From Histomonas meleagridis 2922-C6/04-290x (taxonomy: Eukaryota > Protista > Parabasalia), in NCBI GenBank assembly GCA_020184695.1, contig JAANOX010000276.1, positions 155,890 through 219,889 of the forward strand: 64,000 nt of DNA, in the 5' to 3' direction. The position numbers were made by a program, and so were the translations under genes. Within the stretch, counting starts at the first letter, position 1, and every line of letters starts with the position of its first letter. Below are positions 55,924 to 64,000 of the stretch, piece by piece. Under the pieces are notes generated by a model. The model was not told the DNA's origin. It did no database searches and worked only from the letters and a program-made list of their open reading frames with translations.

Positions 55924-58068
55924 TTATGCAATTATGCACTTTGATTTATTTTCTTTTGCGCGTTCCTTTGATTGAGAAATTGCGTCTTCTGTAATATTAT
56001 TTATTTGGTTTGTTTTATAAGTATTTACTGTCGTTTGTATATATGAATTAGTATTATAACCGGAATCCTTTTTAAGTTCCTGATCGATTGTAGTTCTCAT
56101 TTGATTAATTAAATCACTCGGATATACTTGGGAAAAATTGGGACTAGTGCTACTTTGTATTTTCGTGCTAATTCTTTCTTTGTATTTACACAATGTTCCA
56201 TCAACAATCGTTGCTTTAAGACTGTTGATTTTCTTTTGAATATTTTCATCAATTTTACCTTTGATCGCTTCATTAATTTCTTTTATTTTCAGTGGAAGTA
56301 CATTTGCGATATGTGCTTCAATTTCCCCTTTAATTGTTCCATTTGAAATGGAATAAAAATTAATTTCATTTTGACATTTTGTTTGAATTTCATCGTATAA
56401 TCGTTCTGGAATGGAATTACTAAGTGATGAACTTGATTCGATTTTGGATTTATAATATTGAATCTCTCGTTGAATGATAGAGTCGACTTTACCTCTTAAA
56501 ATATTCTTTTGTGATTCAACATTTCCTTGTGCAGCTCCTTTAATATCTTGTAAAATGTCGATATTTAATTTATCGATTTGACTCTTCGCATAATCGGATG
56601 ATTCACTTTTTATTTTTGGTGATGATGTTTTATTAGCTTTAATAAGTTCATTAATTTTATTTTCACATTCTTTATTGATTCTATTGAGTTTTTCTTGTGC
56701 TTTTTTGTTGATTTCAGAAAATTCTGTTGAGCTACTGCCATAAATGATTTCCATTAATTCTATTTTTTGTGTTGTTATTATTTTATTAATTTCTGTTATA
56801 ATTTTACTTAAAAGATTATCTGTCTTTTCTTTGACTGTTTGTTTATAATATGAATTAACATCGTTCTTATAATTTGTTAATGTCTTAAGAATGTATGATT
56901 CTCCAAATATTTTAAGTTTTTCATTTATATTATTTTGATCACAATATTGTTCAAATGAACTTTTACATTTTTCTAAAATTTCGTTGTATAATTTCTTTGT
57001 ATCAATTGTAGAAAATTGTTCCAATGTCATATCCGCAATTGCATCTTTAATATCATTTGTTTCAATTTCTATTATTTCATTTATTTCTTTTTTAATTGAT
57101 TTTTTCTGATTGGAATAATTTTCATTACTTTTATTTTCAGCATGACTTTGTATTGTTTTATATACTGCATCAATTTCTTCTTTTATATATTGTTGAATTT
57201 GATCTTGAATATCATCATAAAATTCATCGCTTCTCATTATATTTTTTACAATTTTTTTACAATCTTTTTTGATAGTATTAAATTGACTGCTTTCTATCAT
57301 TTCATTTTCATCTACTAATTTACTTTTATGAATTTCATCAAGAATAAGTTTTTCTTTCTTATTAATAATGCTTCGAACCTTTATTTGAATAAATTGTATT
57401 TGTTTATCTTTAATCTTTTGAATAAGATCTGCAAACACAGTACATTTTGAACCAATTTGTTCATTAACCATAGATTTAAATTTAGTAAATATTTCCTCGT
57501 TTTGTACAAATTTTGGAATCCTAGTTTCAAGGAGATCAATTGTTTCTGCACAAATATCATCAATATTTATATCCAATTTTTTAACATATTGCATCTTTTG
57601 AAGATCTAACTCAGTATTATTGATTAACGTTTGAATATCTATGATTTTTTCATTAATAATCGATTCTACAACTGGTGTATAAAGTCGATCAAATCCTGAT
57701 CTTTTCCATTCTTCAACTGCTTGTGCTGCTAACTCTGTTAAGTTTTGTTCTTCTGTTGTTTTAACTAATAAATCAAATGTATTACATGCACTTTCCGCAT
57801 CAAGTACTATTTTGTTACGTGATTCTTCAATATGATTAATGAGATGTTGTGCAAAGATCTTAAAGCCTTCTTCAAATTCTGATGACTGTTCAAATATATC
57901 TTTATCGATGAAATATTGTGGAAGTGGTATAACTTCTGTATCTTTGAATTCTTTCATATTCTTTTTGATAAAAGATTCTTTCACAGAATTTTGAACAGAT
58001 TCAAATGTTCCTTCCTTTGGATTATAACCTTTAATATTTTGAATGTTTTTTTGAAAATGGTTTGGCAT
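55924..58068 (-). CDS. Helical repeat protein with a CaaX end, possibly a guanylate-binding-protein-like protein lacking the P-loop
   Basis: Long helical body with degenerate repeats and a terminal CIIA. The N-terminus (VIPLPQY...FEEGFKIFAQHL) resembles the end of a GBP/atlastin G domain. The family call is tentative. Confidence 0.55.
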   Translation of the reverse strand: MPNHFQKNIQNIKGYNPKEGTFESVQNSVKESFIKKNMKEFKDTEVIPLPQYFIDKDIFEQSSEFEEGFKIFAQHLINHIEESRNKIVLDAESACNTFDLLVKTTEEQNLTELAAQAVEEWKRSGFDRLYTPVVESIINEKIIDIQTLINNTELDLQKMQYVKKLDINIDDICAETIDLLETRIPKFVQNEEIFTKFKSMVNEQIGSKCTVFADLIQKIKDKQIQFIQIKVRSIINKKEKLILDEIHKSKLVDENEMIESSQFNTIKKDCKKIVKNIMRSDEFYDDIQDQIQQYIKEEIDAVYKTIQSHAENKSNENYSNQKKSIKKEINEIIEIETNDIKDAIADMTLEQFSTIDTKKLYNEILEKCKSSFEQYCDQNNINEKLKIFGESYILKTLTNYKNDVNSYYKQTVKEKTDNLLSKIITEINKIITTQKIELMEIIYGSSSTEFSEINKKAQEKLNRINKECENKINELIKANKTSSPKIKSESSDYAKSQIDKLNIDILQDIKGAAQGNVESQKNILRGKVDSIIQREIQYYKSKIESSSSLSNSIPERLYDEIQTKCQNEINFYSISNGTIKGEIEAHIANVLPLKIKEINEAIKGKIDENIQKKINSLKATIVDGTLCKYKERISTKIQSSTSPNFSQVYPSDLINQMRTTIDQELKKDSGYNTNSYIQTTVNTYKTNQINNITEDAISQSKERAKENKSKCIIA

Positions 58069-58224
58069 TTTTTTTGCCTCTACCCAAAAAAAATAATCTA
58101 TAGAATTTTTCAAATGATATCAAATTTTTCAATTGTTTTTAATCGATGAGATAACAATTTTGTGTGCGTATTGATCGTATTAAAACGTTCCCTTCAACAA
58201 ACCCAACAACAAAAAATTAAATTT

Positions 58225-58947
58225 TTAATTTTCAGTGATATACACGTTCTGTCTCGAAAATGTTTTGATGTCAGCTTCAAGTTCTGCCATGTCTGCCTCC
58301 ATTTGTTCTTTCTTTCTTCTGAAGGACAAACTATCCTGGCCAAATCGAAGTGCTGCATGCTTCTTCTTTATATCAGCTAAATTTGCTTTAAGGCCGTTCA
58401 AAATCTCGATTCTTTCTTCTTCTGAAAGAAGTCTACATCGCGTTTCTGTGTCTTCTGGTTGCATCGATTCTTTGACTTCTTCCCAATATTGTTGTTCTGC
58501 AGCTGCTTCTTTTTTAACTCTCGAAAGATACTTTGGAACTTTTCCATAATCTTTTTTGTCTGTATAAAATGTTTGTGCTACTTCTGGATGAACTTTTTTT
58601 GTTTTTGGAGCAGCTTTCCAGTTGTCAAGGACATAATTTCGTTTTGGTTTTTCTGGACTTTTTGGTGATATTTTATGACTTGGAACTGGTGGTTTTTTTA
58701 ATGTTTCATTACCATGAGGTGATACTTTCTGTTGAGGTGGGAGTTGTTTACAATATTGCCCTTTCTTAACATAATTCTTTGGTGACCTTTTGATTTGTTC
58801 AGGTACTTGACCCATGGTTCCATGTGCTCTTTTTTTAGCAGTTTCAAATTCTTTATTCCCAGCAAACTTACTCACATGAAGAGGTTCTTTAACTACAACT
58901 GGTGGTGGTTTTGGTATTAAGTTATATATACATTCTTCTCTTTCCAT
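58225..58947 (-). CDS. ENKUR: Enkurin (axonemal microtubule inner protein)
   Basis: ECIYNLIP..., KKDYGKVPKYL, LLSEEERIEILNGLK, RRKKEQME..MAELEADIKTFSR..VYI. Confidence 0.85.
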   Translation of the reverse strand: MEREECIYNLIPKPPPVVVKEPLHVSKFAGNKEFETAKKRAHGTMGQVPEQIKRSPKNYVKKGQYCKQLPPQQKVSPHGNETLKKPPVPSHKISPKSPEKPKRNYVLDNWKAAPKTKKVHPEVAQTFYTDKKDYGKVPKYLSRVKKEAAAEQQYWEEVKESMQPEDTETRCRLLSEEERIEILNGLKANLADIKKKHAALRFGQDSLSFRRKKEQMEADMAELEADIKTFSRQNVYITEN

Positions 58948-59019
58948 TTGAAGCGGAAATTTGCTAGAATAACGTTTAAACCGTTTGGAGACCGTTAAGC
59001 AGATGACCGTTTATATAAA

Positions 59020-59559
59020 ATGCTGAGTTTAATTTCAAGAATTAAAGCAGATGAAGTAATTGTACCTCCTGTGAATTTCTCATTGGTTGCAAAAGGCATC
59101 TATCGTGGAAGCTATCCTAACTTTACAAACTTTTCATTTTTGAAACATCTTGAATTAAAAACAGTTCTTTTCTTATGTCCAGAAGATTATCCTCAAAAGA
59201 ATTTACAGTTCCTAAAGGAAAATGGAATTAAACTTATTACGGTTCAAATGGAAGGCAATAAGGAACCATTCAAAACAATTCCAAGAGAGCAAATGATTGA
59301 AGCATTAAAGCATCTCACAGATATCCGAAATCATCCTATTTATGTTCATTGTAACAAAGGTACTCATTTAACAGGAACAGTTATTGGCTGTCTAAGAAAA
59401 TTGCAAAACTGGTCATTAACTTCCATCTTCGAAGAATACAGGTGTTTCACAGGAGCAAAGGCGCGACCAATTGATGAGCAATATATAGAGCTATTTGAGC
59501 CTCCGAAAGATGAGTTCAACCAAAGATATTTTCCGTCTTGGCTAAAGGAATTCGTTTAA
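59020..59559 (+). CDS. PFA-DSP (Siw14/OCA-like) phosphatase homologue with a P-loop Arg>Leu change
   Basis: VPPVNFSLVAKGIYRGSYP, VHCNKGTHLTGTVIGCLRKLQNWSLTSIFEEYRCF. Confidence 0.88.
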   Translation: MLSLISRIKADEVIVPPVNFSLVAKGIYRGSYPNFTNFSFLKHLELKTVLFLCPEDYPQKNLQFLKENGIKLITVQMEGNKEPFKTIPREQMIEALKHLTDIRNHPIYVHCNKGTHLTGTVIGCLRKLQNWSLTSIFEEYRCFTGAKARPIDEQYIELFEPPKDEFNQRYFPSWLKEFV

Positions 59560-60289
59560 TTTACATTTTCATTTCAAATGAATAAATATGCGAATTGAAG
59601 TTATGTTTTCTGTTTTAAATTGTAAAAACTTATGTATGGGTGAGTTATCAAATGTTATTAAGCGTTATGAGATCAAATTTAACACAAATCTTCATTATGA
59701 CACAAAATGTTGTTTAGCATAAAATACTTTACATTTTTATTTAAAGCCTCTATTATCGGAAAAAAGAACTTCGGCTTCATCATTCTTCTCGAGGTCCTCT
59801 CTTTTGCACGCCTTTGTTTCTGCTTTCTCAATTACTCTCTGTACTTTTTTTTTGGATTTTGATTCAACACTTTCTCTATTTAATCCTTGTTTCACATATT
59901 ACGCCTTTTTCAGCCAATATTTGTTCTCTTCTTATGTTTTGTAAGCATTATGCTTTTGACACTTGCGCCGGTAGAGTTGATTTTGATTATTTCTAATATA
60001 TATTTCCATATGAAAATGAGATTTGTTATTTATAGAAGGAATATGAATTAGAATTTTTGGACTTTTTTCAAGAAGTAAATTCATATGTTATTATGTATAT
60101 TGTGATTTTGATATGTTTGTATGTTTCTATCAACTTTTGTTTTGATACTTTTCTTTGTGTTGTTTCTGTGAACATTTGATCTTCGAGTTGATTTTGATTA
60201 TATGAAATATATGCTTTGTTCCCATTTCTTATTGAAAATGAAGATTAGATCTTTGTAGAAAAGGAATATAAATTATAAATTTTTATGTT

Positions 60290-61110
60290 GTAAATTTACT
60301 ATTTCTGTTCAACATTTTTGTTGTGCATTTTGAATTTCAGTCAAATATTGTTAAAACATCTTCCAAATTATCCAAATGAATAGTTTTTGCATTAACATCA
60401 ATTCCTTTATCTAAAAGTAATTTTACTATTTCTATATTATTATTTTTAACTGCTATATGAAGTGCTGTTCCAAATTATTGAAACATATTCCAAATTATTC
60501 AAATGAATATTTTTTGCATTAATATCAATTCCTTCTTTATCTAAAATATATTTCACAAGTTCAACATTTCCTGATTCTGAAGCAAATGGCAAAATATTTT
60601 TTGGAATTTGATTCTTATGAAGGAAGTATATAACGAGATAAAAATTTCCATTCATTGCTGATTCATTTATATTACAAGCATTAATATCAATTCCTTTTTC
60701 ATCCAAAAATGCTAAAATATCATAATTATCTTTTTGAATACAAAGATCTATCAAATAATGTGTGACTTTAGGCGTTTTTGACTTTGATTGTATTTTTTCT
60801 TATTTATTATCATAAATATATTTAAAGATATCATTTTGATAAAATTTTATTGCTGTTTCATATGCTTTATCAAATAAAGAATGATTTTGTTCACATAAAT
60901 GAATGATTTCAATATTTCCACCTGCAACTGCATATTTACCTGTACTTAATACATTTGAACCACTCATAAGTAAATATTTAAAACATTAAACTGATGAAAA
61001 ATATGCTGAATAATCAATTAATCTAACATTCTTTTTATTAACAAATTAATATCTTTCATAAAGTGATGGTTCAATTGTTTGATTAAAATCAAAGATTTAT
61101 GTGATAAACA
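60290..61110 (-). pseudogene. DUF3447-ankyrin pseudogene with two 28-nt inserts
   Basis: The head has in-frame stops (ERY*FVN, SSV*CFK). Junctions 60469-60511 and 60342-60384 are each 43 nt, around TALHIAVKNNNIEIVKLLLDKGIDVNAKTI. Confidence 0.8.
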
Positions 61111-61313
61111 ATTTTTCCTATTTTATATATTAATGATTTTGTTTATTATTTCTTTATATGTTACTAATTTATATTACTTTTCGTAAAAATGCATTTTTTT
61201 ATCTACTTTATAATATGTTATTGGTAAATATATTTTATTTCTTTTTTTTAATGAATAAACATTTCAAATTATTATTTTTAACGATTTTTATTTATAATTT
61301 GGAACAATTTATT

Positions 61314-62705
61314 TTAATGTATATTAAATCTTGTTGCCTTTATATCGACCAGATATTTTTCTGGTACACCTTTATTTCTTAATATCTGTAATTTCTCTTC
61401 TCTTATTCTTTCCAATTTCTCCAAATATCTTTGATTCTCTTCCTGATATTTTTGTGCTTCTTCTCTTTTCTTTTGCGGATCGATTTTCTTTTTCTCTATT
61501 TCAGCATCCATTTGTTGTTTCAACTCTTCTCTATACTTTGCTTCTTTTTGCATTCTCGCCAAGTATTGTTCTTTCGCCTTTAGTCTTGCTTCTTGATTTG
61601 CTTTCTTTGTTCTTTCGCATTCTTCGTCATCGAGTTTCTTCTGTTCGATTGCTTTTAATCGCTTAGCTTCAATCATCATCTTCCGATCTCGCATTGTTTG
61701 CATTCGATCATTTTCCGCTTTCTTATGTTCCGCTTCTTCTCTTTCATTTTGGATGCGGTTACGTTCTTCTTGGACACGTTCCGCCATCATCTCGTCGCGA
61801 ATTGATTGCATATCAATTGCGCGCTTTTGCTTCCGTTGGATCTCTGCGATTTCGCGCTCTTTCAGTGCTCGTTGCGCAGCCTTTTCTTGCTCGATTCTTT
61901 CTTCACGTAACGCTTTCTCTGCTTGGAAATCTATGACCATTTGCGCTTCGTCTTTCTCGCGTTGGCGCTCAGCAATACGTCGCTGCTTTTGCGCTTCATT
62001 CGCTTGAAGACAATCATGAAGAAAATCTTGTTGCTGACGACGGCGCATAAGTGCAATTTGTCGATCTATCTTCGGCTATTAACGCATTTTGTTCTGTTAG
62101 CGCTTTGTTCTCACGATCACGGCGCTCGGCTTCGAGTATCGAATTGATCTTCTTCTCTTCGATTGGCGCTTTGATGATATCTCGACCGCGAATGCGTTGT
62201 TCACGAAGAATACGTTCACGCTCTTCATATAGATGAACTGCGGCTTGGCGATTCTCTTCGAGCTTTTTGTCCCATTGTTCTTTTTCTTCTTTTTATCGTT
62301 GAGGCACTAGCCTCATGTTCATGAATTATGTTGGTCACAAATTGTACGTGCTTCGGCTGCAGCCATTTGGCTTTTAATATGTTTTATCTCATCAAGATCT
62401 TCATTGGCTTTTGTTTCGGCTATTTGAAGTGCATAATCTTTATCTTCATAAGAATCCAATTTTTTATGTGTATTAGAAAATGTTTCGGGTGCAATGCTCG
62501 ATGTAAACATTTTACTGCGTTTTGTTTGTATTTGTTTCATGGTTTTTGTTTTTTCTTCTTCTTGTTTTCGTGCAATTTCAGCACGCTGAGTGGGAGTAAG
62601 ACGTGAAGCTGTTCTTTTGACTCGTTTCCAATCATTGTGTGGAAGAATTACTGCATCTGTTGTGACATTACTTAGTTTTGTTGAGTATTTTGGATTTCTA
62701 TTCAT
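61314..62705 (-). CDS. CFAP45/CCDC19-like flagellar coiled-coil protein, split by three apparent 1-nt insertions
   Basis: Removing the extra bases at 62328, 62295 and 62068 gives one trichohyalin-like ORF ending NKGVPEKYLVDIKATRF, like the CFAP45 C-terminus. Confidence 0.65.
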
Positions 62706-62764
62706 CTTTTGTTGTAACGTATTTAACCCGCCCCAAAACAGTGTGCCCCATTAATCGGGCACGA

Positions 62765-63064
62765 ATGGATTTACAAATGAAAAGAACTGTTCAACTTTCT
62801 CACAATGCTAATAGGATATTATACGTAAGGAATCTTCCTGCAACCGTTGATGGAGAAACTCTTTATGAACTGTTTGGAAGATATGGTCCCATTCGTCAAA
62901 TCCGTCTTGGGAATACACCAAAAACAATGACCACAGCTTATGTAGTATATGAAGATGTCCTTGATTCCCAAACAGCTAAGAATGCACTTAATGGTTATAC
63001 TTTGGGAAATCGATATTTAATTGTTCAAATTCCACAGAATCAGATTAATGTAAAACTAATTTAA
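62765..63064 (+). CDS. SF3B6: U2 snRNP branch-point protein SF3B6/p14
   Basis: NRILYVRNLP...ELYELFGRYGPIRQIRLGN...TAYVVYED..SQTA...LNGY..NRYLIV. The last ~10 residues may be frameshifted. Confidence 0.88.
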   Translation: MDLQMKRTVQLSHNANRILYVRNLPATVDGETLYELFGRYGPIRQIRLGNTPKTMTTAYVVYEDVLDSQTAKNALNGYTLGNRYLIVQIPQNQINVKLI

Positions 63065-63250
63065 AATACATTTTAAATTATAGTGGAAATATTTAAACTA
63101 GAGACAATTGGAATCAATAGAATTCTCAAAAATGTTTTTACCATTACGCATTTTAGAATATTCTCATTTGCTGAACAAGTATGGCTAAAATTCTTTAAAT
63201 TCTTATTCAGTGTATTAGCTCTTTTTAATGATGATTTTGCAAACCTTGTA

Positions 63251-63712
63251 TCATGACTTAGTTTGTTGTTGAGGACTCTGACAAAACGGCGCCATTTGCA
63301 TTTGTGGTAAAAACTGCTGGCCATAGCACATTGGGTAGCACTGCTGATATGGATATGAGAACATTGGCATATTAAATCCAGTAAAAGGAGAACACATAGG
63401 TTGTGGGTAGTAAACAGGATATGGAACTTGTTGTATGATTATAACGGGATTTTCATATTCCTGTTTTTCTTCTTCTTCATCAATATTTGAAGCGACTCCA
63501 GTATTAGCTAGTTCTGGCTGTGCTTGTGGTTTGCTGCTTTGGCTAGGTGTTGAAGGCACATGAGTTTCTTGGGATTTGATGATGGTTGCTATTTGTTTTT
63601 GATTTGCTAGCAAAACTGCTTCCGAAGTAGGGCAAGCAGAGGTACTAGGCTCCTGGGTGATGGGTTTCCCCAAGATGAGAGTCGAGCTTTGTCCAAAACT
63701 TCCTCCCCACAT
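63251..63712 (-). CDS. Q/P/S-rich hypothetical protein or fragment
   Basis: A 153-aa ATG ORF with elevated GC. It lies in a region with apparent indels, so its boundaries are uncertain. Confidence 0.35.
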   Translation of the reverse strand: MWGGSFGQSSTLILGKPITQEPSTSACPTSEAVLLANQKQIATIIKSQETHVPSTPSQSSKPQAQPELANTGVASNIDEEEEKQEYENPVIIIQQVPYPVYYPQPMCSPFTGFNMPMFSYPYQQCYPMCYGQQFLPQMQMAPFCQSPQQQTKS

Positions 63713-64000
63713 GGTTATCCGATACTAATTATATGACGCTTGAGGTTTTGTCATACTTAGAAATTGCGATAGCCATCGGCCGCTACATATTAAATGTGTT
63801 GTAATATTCTCACAGCTCCATTGGGAGGAATTGAACATGCGCGCATGAATCTTAAATGAGATTAGAATTTAGCACCTTTGATTCATATGTTTATATTTAA
63901 ATTTTCCAAAATCCATTTTATTGCTATGATAACCTGAATTCAATAATAAAAGTGTCATATGGGGTGCCCACGACATTAAACCAGATCTATTATGTTGGTA

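Noticed and set aside
59740-60260. Broken charged ORF on the minus strand with a short repeated AATCAAAATCAACTC
   Set aside because: Multiple stops and no recognisable homology. Insufficient support.
42095-63064. Sen15-like, SF3B6 and exonuclease-RRM genes as a dedicated machinery cluster for the ankyrin inserts
   Set aside because: They are scattered over tens of kb among unrelated genes, and eukaryotic proximity at this scale is not evidence of functional linkage.
608-63324. Short antisense/overlapping ORFs and TTG/GTG/CTG/ATT starts in the ORF track (e.g. 6953-7465, 12407-12730, 28373-28972, 61331-61666)
   Set aside because: They are shadows of real genes on the other strand or frame, or prokaryotic start rules applied to a eukaryote.

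Overview
AT-rich, gene-dense eukaryotic DNA from a parabasalid, most likely a Tritrichomonas-like trichomonad (inferred from DUF3447-ankyrin and BspA families, CCTTT/M5 elements before three ribosomal-protein genes, and Myb-like RCGGTT promoter boxes). It uses the standard genetic code. Housekeeping genes include RPS23, RPL7A, RPLP1, a PH-AGC kinase, a NEK kinase, a 14-3-3-like protein, a cytosolic carboxypeptidase, a CenH3-like histone, TBP, an AP mu subunit, Rab, RasGAP, a PPP phosphatase, enkurin, a CFAP45-like gene, SF3B6 and a Sen15-like gene. These sit among BspA surface proteins and several decayed pseudogenes. The standout signal is in two DUF3447-ankyrin genes (1689-6619 minus, 52642-54795 plus). 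Every ankyrin repeat is separated from the next, at the same point in the beta-hairpin, by an AT-rich insert that is usually exactly 68 nt (about 19-20 of 29 junctions; a 28-nt class also exists). The inserts break the frame and carry stop codons, yet the ankyrin-coding blocks stay free of stops and frameshifts even when strongly diverged. The inserts lack GT-AG and branch-point signals, whereas a normal 23-nt GT-AG micro-intron with a CTAAC branch point occurs elsewhere in the window. This suggests a non-canonical intron or coding-gap system with one repeat per exon. That is inference and needs transcript data. No tRNA, rRNA, CRISPR array or autonomous transposon was recognised.
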